NCBI GenBank assembly: GCA_043228905.1
Contig: JBHGNT010000001.1
Span: 8,990,001 to 9,054,000 of the forward strand
Reading direction: 5' to 3'
DNA from: Azolla caroliniana
Taxonomy: Eukaryota > Plantae > Polypodiophyta
DNA: 64,000 bases
The notes under the pieces: generated by a model
Database searches by the model: none
What the model was told of the DNA's origin: nothing
What the model saw: the letters and a program-made list of their open reading frames with translations, nothing else
Position numbers and translations under genes: made by a program
In this document: in pieces, positions 29,088-43,300 of the stretch
How positions within the stretch are numbered: the first letter of the stretch is position 1
Layout of the letters: every line of letters begins with the position of its first letter

Positions 29088-32000
29088 TTATACATCTTCA
29101 CTTGATTTTTGGTGCATCTTTTGGGAAGAGTCTTCCAGACCTGATGTATTCTGGAAGCTCATTTCTCCTCGCACTTCTCCGCTGCTTCAAGAAACAATCA
29201 ATTAAGGAAAAACGGTCTTGGGAAAGTCATGTACAGTAGAAATATGAAAAGCATTACTGATAATAACACAAGCAACAGCAATAATAATAACAATAATGAT
29301 CACAAAAAATTACTAAAAGTAGAATTGACAATACCTTCCAGCTGATGTCAGATATTTAATATCCTTCACAGCTCGGTTTGCAGCGTAGAGGACCAGTTTT
29401 CTCACCTGGAACATCATTTTTTGTCAGATGCAAAAATTTTAAAGGATTAACAAATGGCAACTAAGAAATTGAACTGTATGCAATTGATGGAAAAAGTAGG
29501 AAGAAAATATTCTCAAAAAAGATGTGCTAGCAATTGTAGATGGTCCTGAAATTTGAGAAAATGAGGAAATTTCAAACCATATGGCAAAGCTCCAGTTTAT
29601 CACCTATGCTAATACAACTTTTTGCCGTAGTTCCCTCGCATGTATATTTCATCATTGAGATAGAACCACAAAGAATATGCAAACAAAACTGCACTGTGCT
29701 TGCAGATGCGAGGCATCTAGATTAAGTTTTAGAAATCTTTAAAACAAGTGCATATATCAAAGCATTGCATAGAGTTCAACCCTGTTTGTTTATTCATGCT
29801 GTATAATGCAGGTCTCTCGCATGGTAATTTTCGAGTGAAAAATACAGATTCGTTTTCTCCATGAAAGAATTGGGATTACACCTGATGATAATGTTAATTG
29901 AAGGGCATTGATTGATATTAGATGTATATCTATATATGAAGGCCCATGAATCCATATATATCATATCTATATCTAAATATCTCTAATTCAGTAAATATAT
30001 ATTTTTCCTCAGTAAAAATAACAAGCTAGTAATGATGCAAAAATATAGTAACAGTAATAACATAAAAAGCCAAACCTCCAGTCTGTCCTCCTTGGCAAGG
30101 TGATTCTTTGGAAGTAAACGGAACTCGTCAGTAAGATGGATGCATTCTTGTAGATTTTCAGGCGAGATAAATTCTAATGCCACATGGATGCAGGACTGGA
30201 ACAACAGTATATATTGATCATCAGATGCAAGATTTTATAGTTTTTTGATAGTCATGAGCCACTCATTGGATCATATTATCATAATTCTGGAGCTCCTTGT
30301 TTTACCTTCAGATTTCGCACTTGATGTGGACATCCAACTGGAATAAGTACAGCCTCACCAATATGTTGTTCGAATGTCCAGGCTTCAACTCCTGTACATG
30401 AAGATCAAATCCACTAAAGCACACTGCAGATACATTATCATTTTGCTAATTATATACTATAGGTGATACTCCTCAGCATTCAATTTCAGTAAGTGTGAGA
30501 ATTAAATTCGTTACGCAATGTCATTTATTCTCACCAAACTCAGTTTTAAGCCTCCTTTTGTGCTCTTCTGTGAGGTAAAACAATTGATCATGGATTGGAT
30601 GAACTATCTGCGAGGACAACATTCAAAAAGTGAATTGTGAATGGAATAACTTACACCATAAGCACAAAGTCATTGAGTACATGCTGAACCATTCTTACAT
30701 GATCAATGAACTCCTCATTAACATGCCTAAACTCATGAAAATGTTTTTGTAGGTAAATCTGCAGTTTTGGTACATCTTGTCGACGAAAGACATCCCAAAG
30801 TGCTGCACCACCAGTGTAAGTCTCTCTTTTTATTTCATCTGGTTGTGTGTATATTCCATCAATGTCAATGCATGATTCCGGGAGAGTTGTTAAGGTTTGC
30901 TTTTTTCCATCATTCTCTTTTGATGGGTCCTGAACAAGGAAAGGTTCACAATTTCATATTTAATGATGCTTATACAATTTTCTTGAAGAGGGAAACGTGT
31001 CCTTTTGATTATACTTGTAGCAAAAACGTTTTGAAACAGACTCTGGGACCTAATTTGTATGACTAACCGAAAGTTTTATGCATCTAAGAAAGTGAATGCT
31101 TGCCTACTTTGTCTGGATGTAATTGATCATCAACAGGAACAGATTGGAGCTTGCTGGACTGTTGCAAATCAAGATCTCCTGCTGTCATATTCTCACCCAA
31201 TGACATTTCCACTATTGTTTCCTTGTATGCCTCTTTAAATTTCGCTATACGCTTCGTTTGCCACCCAGGAAGCTCAATTTCGGTTGCATGAGTAAGCACA
31301 GTCACCTTAAAAAGCAAGTCCAATGCATGTCAGACACATCAATACCTTGAAAATATAAGCTTAAAAACTAGCACAGAGAAATACCTTATCAGCTAGATCA
31401 CAATGCAACTTCATTACAGAATCACCCCTCCCAAGCTCCTCTTGAAGGCCATAAGTAATGTGAGTTTTTGGGCCAAAATCGGGCCTTAATCCATCGTCCG
31501 GAATCCTAGAAGCTAGATTCAATACTCCATGCTTTGTATTTGTATATTCATGGAAAGGCAAGGCACTTATGAACTCAGCTCCGAGCCATGGAAGTCTTTC
31601 CTCAAAAAAACTAGAAGGAAGCCAATCACTCAATTTCAACAATTCAGGCCAACCATTCTTATGTATCCTTCCTTCCTGATATCCTTTAAAAAATCGATCT
31701 ATGTTTATTTGCACCTGAAAAATGAATCTTCCTAATCACAATCAGACAAACACACACACACACACACACACATATATAATACCACAGAATATATTCTGCT
31801 TTTAAATTACCGGATGCCAACCTAAACAATCAAAAGCGTCTATAAACTTGCTCTTTGAGCCTTCTTGAATTGCACGCCACATAACTTTTGGATCCCAGCT
31901 TAGCAGCTTAGGTTCTTCTACCACATCTCTGATGATCACTGGCTCACCTCGATACCAATGTTCTTGGAAATGATCCAGTCCTTCATTTTTGACACCTTGT

Positions 32001-35000
32001 ATAGTTGGACAGTAAATAAAATTATCTTCACTCTCCTTCCTGGAAGCTGCTTGTCTTAAGAGGTTGTCTGGAATTGAACCAAGATCTGAGCTCACATTTC
32101 TTGTACAAGTAGTGCATTGACGCTCGAGATCAGAACAAGCCCGAGGATTTTGGTGCGTGGACATTAACTGATTGACCTCAGCCACCAACTTCGCAATCCA
32201 ATTAGACTTCAATATTCTTTTTAAGACCATTGAATTGGATCCACAACCACCACGTTCTGTGGGTGGGCAAGGGATGCCACCATCATCATGGACAGTCCAG
32301 AGAGGCAATTTGTAGTGGGGTATGCCAGCAGATCCCTTCCCGCGGCCCTTGACCCTGATCTGAGAAGGCTGCTCGGCAGATCCAGCATGATCACCTCCAG
32401 GTTGGCGCCCTTGCCTAAGCTCTCTACAACATGTCAAGCAAAGATCATAACAGCATCCAAGACAGCTTCTGTAAAGATCCACAATTGATACATTGCAATT
32501 GTCACTGCAAGAAAAGAAAGAAGGGCATGTTCATGTCCACAGAATGCATTGAAGGTATATGTGACCGAAGATTGAGAAATCAAATCAAAATACGGTCCAT
32601 TTTAGAAGGTGGATTTAGGTTGCGTGCACTATATTTCCAATATGATGCACAATTTACATTCAACAAGGCCTTTGGATTATGAGAATCTTCTCTTATTGCT
32701 CTTCCCTTATGACCGAGAAAAAGAACCCTTTTTGTCCAGTTAATAATCTAATTATGTCAACTACAAATAAACAAATCAAAATCAGCATATGACCCACCAA
32801 TACAACCGCTCATCCTTCATAAGTTTTGACCTCTCTGCTTTTGCACTGGCATCTCCTGGAAAGGAACAATCATGACATTGCCTTTCTAATACTCCGAAAG
32901 CAAAACAAAAGGATGCAAGTTACTATATAGCATACCTCTTAGCTTCACTTCAAGTTCAACTTCTTGGCACTGCTCTTGATGAAATTGCTGAAGTAGAGGT
33001 TGGATAAAAGATAGAGTATACTTGAGAAATTTGACTTTTTCAGCATCGGAAATATATTGCTGTTTTGACAACATTTATCATTCACAGATTCAGAATAAAT
33101 GTCCTTTCCTTAGGACAAAGTACCATTAGCATAAACTCAATGAGTTACCACTTCAGGAAAGATGGATCCAGGACCCTCTACTCCTAGACAGGATTTACAG
33201 TTGCAGCTTCCACAACAGCAAGGGCAGGCTTGATGCACTTCATCTTCATGCAGTTCTGGATAGCTGCACAGCTTATTTTCAGAGCTAATCAGAAAGATTA
33301 GTGCACTGCCGGGTTCCAATAGTACCAACTACTGCAAAGATATACTACAGAGATTTCTAAACAAATAAAAAATAAAAATAGTGCAAATAACCATCACTTT
33401 CAATAAGAACAAACATCATGCATGTCCAATTAGAGAAACCAAAAAGCAACAAACTCAACTACACTTACCATCTTGCAATGCAATTCAAACAATAGTTCTT
33501 TCCACATTTTAAACAGAATATCAGATTTTCCTTTTCATTGCCTTCACATTGATGACAATTGTTGCTGTGCAGCTCTCTTTCTGAATCAGCATATAACTTT
33601 GGTGTATGCAGTCTTTCATCCTAAGGATTTCAAAAAGAAAAGCCTTAGAACATAACCTATAATTTACCTTACCTTTCTTTGCTATCAAAATTAAACTCTT
33701 AGCCTAACCACTATACAGAATTGAAATAGTGTTCACGCTGTATATCAGATTTTCTTATGGATTTGAAATAGTGTTCACTCTGTAAAGCACGTTTATCATA
33801 ATCAGAAGTCAACACCCATAAACATATCAGTTAAAAAAAGCCAATTTTCTAGGTTGCTGTTCACTGTTCATTACAAAGCCACAAGCAACTATCGTAAAAC
33901 TATGATGTGCTTGAGAGCAGTGCACAGTTTCTGCTACCTTGTGGATTCCTTACAAATCAAAGGCTAAACTCATGCAATCATGCAGTTTTGTGGAGGTTGT
34001 ACCATCTGTTATCCTAAAAGATATGTTGTGGGGCAACTTATGATCATATGAGCGAGAATAAGACTTAGAGGCTATCAATATGAGATTGCATTCTCTGTAC
34101 AGGTCAGCTCCCTTTCTCCCATATTTTTGGAACTCTACATTGAAAAGATGCAGGTTTACATAATGCCTTGACTCACGTGACATGGGAGAGATGTGTTTGC
34201 CCATTGGAGACAAATACAGAATCTTATAAAGAATATCTTCCCGTATTGATGATGACAGCCTGATAGTTAGATCGAACCCAGAGCTACATACAGTCAACCT
34301 CTCCTTTGGCCAAATTGCCTTACCTTAGAGTGGAGACTCTAAGATACCTTTGCCAATGCAAACTAATAGATGAGTGTGTAATAATGCAGAAAAGGGCATA
34401 GGGAGTGTATCTCCAGAGCAGAGGATGTATCCACTATAAAATTCATGGATGTCCACTGGTTCTTTAGGGTGGAATTTGGACCGTTCTCCCAGTTCATGGA
34501 CTTCTGAGGAGTAGATTGCCAACAAGGCTTCCAAATGCAGATGTCAAACTTCATCAGAAGGTGATGCCAAGAGGCTTCAGAGAAAAGACAGCAAGCCACT
34601 TCATACGGGGATATCGATTAACCTCGCAATTCATTCTGGTCACATCAGATTCCCGACCACAAGGATATCATATAAAAGATGGTGTTTGCATAGAAGGGTA
34701 GATAGTATTGATCCCCAAGATCGACCACCATCCCCCAATAAGTTTACTACAGGGAACATTAATGTCATATGGCATCATACTCTGAGAGAGAACCTAAGCT
34801 GATCCACTCATGCTCTTCCTCACTGTATCATTCACATTACTTCTACCCATGGCCCCTGTATCATTGTACATTTATAACAGCCTCGTTACACAAGGTAGCA
34901 ACCTAGTTTGAGTACAGTTCAAATTTGCTCCTTTTAACCAGATAATCTATAAAAATAAACACATGGATCTGATTTTTGGTTTCATATATGTCCCTTTGGT

Positions 35001-35656
35001 CTTTTACAGAAGTTAGTTTAACACTTCATTTCACAATGTGCACTCTTGGTAGCAAAGTTTGTTCATTAGTAAAGGTCTACAACATCAAGAGTCGCTTAAT
35101 CCGAGCATAGTATATGAAAATGGTTAAAACATACCAATCTCTGTCTTGATCTACATATTGTATATGAAGAACTTACATGTAAATACGCAAATTGAGACCT
35201 CATGAGATCTTTTGAAGGTGGCCCGTTTTGGAAATGCGCTGGATGACCCACCTTTGCGGAATGTCCAGCATGTTTATGATCACTCACTTGCTTATGATTA
35301 CCATGAACCCTAGAGGAAGGCTTCAACCTCGGCTCTGCTTCAAGAAGAAGCGAAGGTCTAGTGATCATGTGACTTTTAGAATCAACAAGAAGACTAGAAC
35401 TTTCTTTAGTATGATGAGTATGACTGAAATTGTTTGTTTTTGTTTTCTTTTTGGGAGAGGAATTGGAGGACGCCCCTGCGGCTCTCTTCTTAGCTTGGTT
35501 ATAATGTTTCTCACAGAGTGTCTTATTTTCCATAGCTCGAGCGTTGCAACGCCATTGCTTCCCATCTGATCTCTTGCAACGAAACTCATCCGGGATGTCT
35601 TCTTCGGCTGCTTTGCTCCCTGATCCACCACCACCACCTTTCTTCCCTCGATTCAT
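29088..35656 (-). CDS. KDM3/JMJ24-29-type JmjC protein with WRC and RING-like zinc fingers. Exons 35656-35177, 33620-33469, 33263-33149, 33059-32936, 32855-32798, 32504-31811, 31714-31385, 31305-31108, 30929-30699, 30607-30535, 30391-30306, 30195-30076, 29405-29335, 29181-29088
   Basis: WRC motif [11 protein letters not shown]...CEKH; [26 protein letters not shown]; CDNC..DLYRSC; [14 protein letters not shown]; LKLSDWLP; LHCD; [17 protein letters not shown]; [18 protein letters not shown]. Phases are consistent; the last exon is the least certain. Confidence 0.9.
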
Positions 35657-37377
35657 GACGATGTTAAAATCCCGAAGAAGAAAGAAAGGGAGAAGCCGAT
35701 ATGTTAGAATTTACGATCCCTGAGATTTGCCCCTCCCCTGCTCGTCTTTACCCCCCTGAAGGAAGAAGAAGAAGAAGAAGCCCTGGCACTCAGGCATTTC
35801 CAAAATTACAATCGATACCCCTCGATACCCCCCCCCCCTTCCCTCCGCTTTCGTTTCCTTTTGACAACTTTTTCGCGGGTTGGTTTCTCCAAATTACAAT
35901 CAATAACCCCCCACAAGTCTTTCGTTGGCCATGCATGCAATCGACTTTTTTGTTTGTGCCCCCCGGCCTCCATTTCAAAAATCACATACCATACCCCCTC
36001 GGTTCCTAGCTTAACCTCCTCTACCGTTCGATTTTTCCGAAAATTTACAAAACCATACCGATACCCTTTTAGCTTCCGAAAATTGCCAGAAATGGTGCTC
36101 TTACGTAGAAACTACAAAGCCAATGTGACCCAATAAGCTCTCTTATACCAAATTTACCCACTCCTATCTTCTGACATCCACAACAATACCGCCTATTTTT
36201 GCACTATTTTAAATGTCCCAAAATACCCCATGTGAAGGAATTGATATTACCCTAACTTTTCAAGGGACTAATATTACTTGTAACTTTTTCATAGACATGG
36301 CAAGCAAGGTATAGGCTCTAATATGTATTGATGAGCTCGATTTGCTACTTTGGAAAAGAATATAGTGTAGAGAGAGAAGGAGAGAGGTTAATTTTTTAGT
36401 TATCCATGAAGTGCTAATTTTGACATATTCTAAGAGCCAATGCTCATCAGGGTAATAAGATGTGGTTGGATACATTCCATAGAATAATTGTAAGGGCTCT
36501 TTGAGAGCCATGGTTCATAAGGATGGTAAGATGCAATTGGATATGTTCAATCATTTTTACCTTGTATTGAGGCCACCATAAAGGGTTAACAATTTCAATG
36601 TGATAGTCCAAATAGCACACTGCCATTGCATCCTCAATGTCTCTAATAATCTATCCTTGATGGTCACATACTTCATAACATTACTTCAGAGCTCTAATGG
36701 ATATCTATTCCCCATCTTTCAAACCATTCCATAAGTGCCAAACACCCAATTAAATGAGAGGATTTTGCTCTCAGTAGTAGTTTTTGTACCTTGCATCCTA
36801 TGTTCCAAGCACATTTTAGCAAATCTATGGTTGGCTAGATTCTTGGCTTTTGTGATATACTCGTATATACTCTTTGCATGGGTAACACCTCTATAGGCGA
36901 AGTACCTACTTCTAATACCGTGATAGGGACAGAATGTTGAGAAATGAACTCCCAAGAGTTCACATGACAACAAGTTTGAAATTTCTCTACGTTGTTCCAT
37001 GTGTTAAGTGAGATAGTGCTAACCCCATACTTCCACTCCATAAAGAAAAAACGATTGGACCATCCATTGCATTGAATAACATGAATATCACTTCCCATCC
37101 TTCGAGTTTGTCATGTCGGTTGCATGGATTCTCAAATATATAAATCATTGTAAAATCCCTCGGAAGCAGGGTATAAGTTCGAAACATTGGACGAGGACAA
37201 GCAAATCTCACTCCTACCCCCATGGAGACAAGAACTTACAAGTTTGTGAATTTACAAAGAGTCATTCCTATTCCGAGACAAGACCCAAGGGGCCACAAGA
37301 AAAGTTGTTGTATGTAGTTTGGTTTGCTTTCGACATTTCCATACAGGGGGAAAAAAAGCACGCACCTTCGCTGGGCC

Positions 37378-40300
37378 ATGGCCAACGAGCTTGAATCCGC
37401 AGATCAAAGTGCTCGTATTACTTCTTTTCAAGGTGAAGGAAACAGGGAGCTCAGCGAAATTCAACATAATTCTTGTAATTATGATCAAGAAGAGGAGAAG
37501 ATTGAGGTCACCCATGATGGTGATGGTGATGGTGATGAGGGTTGTCGTGAGGATAATGGTATTGGTGATACTGATAGTGATGAAGATGACCATCTCGGCG
37601 GGTCCTCAGATTTTTCAGAGGATGATTATGTTGAGCCAGATGGATTTGGGTTTGGTGATGGTGATGGTGGCTGTGATAATCATCAAGATAGGTCTTTTGA
37701 AGAACTTGTGGAGAATGAAGAGATAGGTCAAGATGGATCAGGGTTTGTTCATGTGGAAGGAGAAGAGAATAAAGACGTAGAGCAAGATGGATCAGGGTTT
37801 ATTCATGTAGAAGGAGAAGATGATGAAGACGTAGAGCAAGATGGATCAGGTTTTGTTCATGTGGAAGGGGAGGAGGAGAGGAGAAGTGACTATATATACA
37901 ACGATAATAAAGAGAAGAATGGTTGGGAGGCTGCAAGAGGTTGGCTATGGACATTACCTCGTCGTCGGAATGTTTCTTTTGATGAGGTAGAAGAATGGGT
38001 AAAAGGAAACAAAGAAAAGCTTTCAAGAGAGATCGTCACGATGCCGAGAACACATCTTTTTCGCTTCCTTGTTGCTCAACATAAGCTCATGAGACGAGCT
38101 GAACATGTATGTTTATGATATCCTACATTGGAACTAAAGTTGTTTAACAAATTTATAGGTTTTTTAAGCATATAAGATGATTAAGTCAATAATGTTGTTA
38201 TGAGTATACACATAAGTAGGCCTCAGAATTCATTAAGAGAGTAGAGATAGTACAGTTAGCACATTTTCTAGACTCTAAATGCCCTATATTTGGCTTCTCT
38301 AAGTATGTAGGATGTTCAGTCCATAACACTATTACAAATATAACATAACTAGGCTATAGAAGTCATTAAAAGTCTAGATATGGTCTCATCAACAGAACAT
38401 CCGAACTTTGGATGCCCAACATTTGGGTCATGATATGTGCTAAGGTAAGCTAAGACCCTGACGAACCCATAAGGACCTATTAACACATGGGAACATGTGG
38501 AGGTCTGGGAGCCTAAGGAGTTGAGCTATATTAAGTGTTAAGGTCATTTATAATTTAGTGGTAAGGTAATCTAAGACCCAGACAAACCCATAAGGACCTA
38601 CAACTAAGTTGGGAACATGTGGAGGTTTGGGAGCCTAAGGAGATGAGCTATATTAAGGAGACTAGCTACCTCCTTCATTATGACATATTTTAGATGTTGT
38701 TGAGATCTTGATACCAAATATTATGAATTGATTAAAAATCATAAGGAATAAATGAAAAGATTTAGGGATAATGGTTTAAGGGTGCTTAACCACACTAACC
38801 ACCCTCAAATGAAGGAGAAGAGACGAACATAAAACTCCTTCGGCATTCCATATGACCAAATATAATCTTATGTTTTACCTTGGAAGTTGAGATAAATGTA
38901 AATTGTCATAATGAGAGCTGTGTCTCACCAATAAAGTCTCAGCAAAGAAATATCATAATGAGGGGGATATGTAGTTCCCTTTATATAGCTCAACTCCCCA
39001 GGTTCCCAGACCAAGAAGTTCTCTCATGTTATAGGTCTTTATGGGTCTGTTGAAAGTCCTAGAATAAGTGATTATCACTTATCATATCCCTATACCATTA
39101 AAATTATTCTTTAGAATTGGGCATTAAATTATGTTATAAGAATTAGAATATTGTTTGGACTCTCGATGGACTATATTCGGTTTCTTAAGTATATATGGTA
39201 CATAAGTCCATTATATTGTTATTAGCATATACTATGCATAGCCAGACTGTTAAAGTCATTATCACGCTAGTGATAAGCTAATTAGTATATAGCTTGATGA
39301 GATAATGAAGTAGGATGCTTAAGATCATGGTATTGCTACTATTGTACACCATTAAGCACAACTTATTTTCCGTCTGATCTCTCCATGCTCTTGTTTGAGA
39401 AACTAATTGGTCTCAGGTTAGGAGAGTAGGAGAGACATATGGCTAGCTTCTACTTATTAACTATTGGGAACATGTTTTGGAGAGAATATCCTTCTACCTA
39501 TAGACATGGATATATAAGAGAACCCTTATGTACCTTATAGTTGCTCATCTTTGCTTCTTATTCTACTACATTCAAGACAGGAATTTATTTGTAAAAGCAT
39601 GTATAGAGTTGCAAGAAAATATTTAAGTGATTGTAAGATTTTTCTGGATGAACCAATATAATGCTTATATATTTTATTGATGTTAAAATTCTCTCAGATG
39701 AAGGATGTCGAGGTTCTTGAACCACCTACTGCAAGGTTCAAACGAAGTGATAAATGGAAGCCTGTGTATTCTTGGCTTGAGAGCCTAAATATGGGATCTG
39801 TTGTTGGAGCAAGAGCAATAGAGGTGTGGCTAGAGACAAATCCAATTCTAAGAGCAGAGCTGTTAGAAAAGCATACAAGACATCACTTATTCCACTATAT
39901 TCAGAAGTGCCACACCAATATAATTAAAAAGAAGAAGAAAAAAGTTCTGAATGGCGTTGTGGTGAGATCTATTATTCTCTTGAAATTGATTTGTTCAATA
40001 TTGCATATTGATTTTTCTGGTAAAATACATGCCATTCTTATATAAAACTACATATGAAAGCATTTATTTTTTATAAGAAAGAAAGTTGGGCATTTTAGCA
40101 CATCATTTTCTTGGAAGTATGTCATTGACCCATGTGGATGTATTTTTCTTCTCCTTAAGTTGAGTTTCAAAGAGAGATGTTTTATCAAGGATGAAATTTT
40201 TTTCAACCGTTCAATGCAATTCAAACCCTTGAATCATGTATGTTTAGCTTTGGACAACAGTTTTTCATCAGCCCTGGAGCTTTTTGGACATTTTGGGCTT

Positions 40301-43300
40301 TGGTCAAACTCTGAGCTACTGGACATGCTGGTTCCTAACTTGATTTTGAGGCTATACTTATGATCATGCTTAAGGATATTTCTTAATCTAGTAGTCCATA
40401 ACATGTCTTTGCAAATTCCGTCTCTCCACAATTTATTTATCGTCTATTGAACTGAACTTTGTAATGCCTTAGACATTCTCTCTCCACAATGAGAAGCATT
40501 TTACTTGCATTAATGTAGTCCTTAGGCCATTGTCATATGTGTTTTGACTTTGCCATATCCTTGATCTTCCTGACGCATTCCAAAATAGATAAATCAGGGG
40601 GGAACAGCTCTCTTGCCATCATCTTATGCATTTAATTATGCTCCCTCGAGTTTTCCTAGAGAATTGGCTCTCTATGCTAGTGAGTGAGGGACACATCTTT
40701 TACTTCTGGTATTCGGACATTCTACGTGATGCAAGGAAAAAGTTAAACTTGTGTACTTAACAAAGTGACATAACTAAAATGTAGATAAAAACATTCAAAG
40801 ATGTGCATTGCCCACCAATTAATCTACAAAACTGCTCATTAAATTGAATCCCTGACTTGTAATCCTCAATATCTATTTCAGCCAATGTTTATTGAAACTT
40901 CATGGAAGGATCATTATCATGTGTTTGACAGATTAGGTATGATGGAGCATCTAGCATCCTCTCTAGAATAGTCATGCTTCCTCTCCTTGTGATAACTTTG
41001 ACAGTACAAAAAGCAAAGGGTGGTATAAAAGTTTTATTGGATTATGTTTCAGACCTTGATGATGAATCATATATTCCCTAGAAAGTAAAAGGGTAGCTGG
41101 ATCTTATCCTATATTGAGTAATAATATCTATCATGTTGTATTGATGTAGAAATAAACTTTCAAAGTTACCGACTAACAAAAATGTGGAGCAACAAATTTT
41201 TACAAGATGGATGCGGACATGTTTGACATCATGTTACTACTATGCACCATATGAATAATGTTGTACCTGGCCAAACGTATGGCTTTGACAATCCTCACAC
41301 TATTTGTTAGAACAGTTAGGTATCAAGGATCTAGATAGAAACAATCTCAACACTCTTAGCAGTTCTACTTTTTGAAATGATGTTATTTTCGGAGCAAGTC
41401 TATATGTTTTTGGTGTTGGAGAAAGTGAAACAAGCTAGACTTTATGATGTTTGGAAGCAATTTGAATTAAGAATTATGTTTTCCACTCAAGTATGTTCTT
41501 CATATGAAATTTATTAAACACCAGAGTCTGTAAAAAATACAATAAGCTGAAATATTATATTTTTGTTTGTTCATACAAAAATTATTGAACTTTCTTATGT
41601 TTTAATGTTTTTACACAACGTGAAAACGTAGAAATTTCTTTTTGTTTATCAGCTACGGCTAAAAAAGAAAAGAAAGAGAAAGAGACCACCGCGCAAGTTT
41701 CTGAAGGAAGGGTCTGATACTGTTGTTGCTGGTAAATATTTGGATGATTTAGAGTAATTTTTGCTCTTTGTTGTTCTTCTCACTATAGTTTTTCTCTATA
41801 GCATGCAACAAGACTGTCAATGGAAAGGCAAAAGTTGGTGACAGTTCTTTCACCATGGCATCTGTATGGAATCACTCTATATCCTGCATGGATGTGTCTT
41901 TTGTTTTTTAAACTTTCTAATATGCACTGTTTATTGACCCGCTTGAAAAATATTAGGCTATCGACTTCTAAATTATTTAAAAATGAGATCCTGCCTCCCA
42001 CACTAACATTGTTTAGTAAAAATAAAAATTTCAGGGTGTCATGCAGTTGCAGAGAGAAAATAATATAAAGGGTGAGTTTGCAGATGTACATGACATGTTA
42101 TGAATATTTTAATTTGAAGATGTCAGGTATTTGTTTAGAAGCTATTGATATTTAGGTTAATTCTTGTCTCTCTAGGGCTCATGTAGTCCGATGTTCTTTA
42201 ATAGTTGATAATATGGGCTTCTCAAAATAGCATATTGCTGAATTATGCTATGCAGTCAGTTATTCTCTTGAAACTGCAAAGCTCAGAACGGAACCAACAA
42301 TGGATAAAGCAGAGGCTAGAAGAAAATATGACATGTACGTTTCTTTACCTTTAGTGCACAATGTTATACACACACACGCACGCACGCACAGATGATATGA
42401 TATTGAGGTTTTTTTGAGTACCATATATATATATATATGTACACAACACACATATATATGCACATATTATATATACATACAACATATTATATATACATAC
42501 AGAAATAACATTATTGCATGAGTTTGTTTACATTTGGTTTCCAGGGTGAAGGGATACTGTAAGATTATCCTTTGATATGCTATAAATAATGGGAGAAATT
42601 CCCTATTAGGAATAACCAGGAAGACCAAAAGGCATGTAGAGGCGCATCTCAAATGGGATTCATTTAATCTCACTGGGTCTATTGTGATGAAAGATTGAGA
42701 ATAATAGAGCAATTTATTTCAAAGGAACTCAGTCCTAGAACCCATGCTAGCTACCAATTGGCACTAGCTTTTAGAAGTTATTAATGATGTTAACAAAATC
42801 TCCATGTATTTGCTATGTCTTAAATTCGAGTTATTGTACTAAAATATTATGTCTTCTTTTGTGCAGCCTATCTGAGTTACAGGAACAGCTGTTGGCTCAG
42901 ATCACACAAATTAAAGAGCAAATGAGAATGGTGTCCTTTGATATCTCAGACAGACCAAGTAGTTCTGCACACCAATCTGCAGACAATTCCAATCAAGCTG
43001 GTCCTTCAGGAGTTGCATTTGACTCGAAAAACCTGTCTAATGAAGATCCTGAAACTAGCCTGAGGAGATTTAGGGATATCATGCAGTCCAGAGATATAAA
43101 ATCTCCGAAGAAAAGAAAAAGATTAAAGGAAAAATTTCATAACAGGGTTCTTTCTTGGGCCTTTACTGAAATAGATGCAGGTTTGTTTCATTTTATACAA
43201 TAGCTGGCATAGTAGCTTACTGTATATTTATCAAGACATATGTATCATTTATTAGGCAGTTCAAATCTTAGCACGTGGAACAGTAATATTTGTTTGGAGA

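Noticed and set aside
36230-37115. Possible solo LTR or TE remnant between JMJ and WD40
   Set aside because: TG/CA candidates lack a TSD and no diagnostic protein motif could be read.
37319-37726. Hydrophobic M/V-rich ORF
   Set aside because: Alternative frame of the GAT/GGT-rich acidic exon of the WD40 gene.
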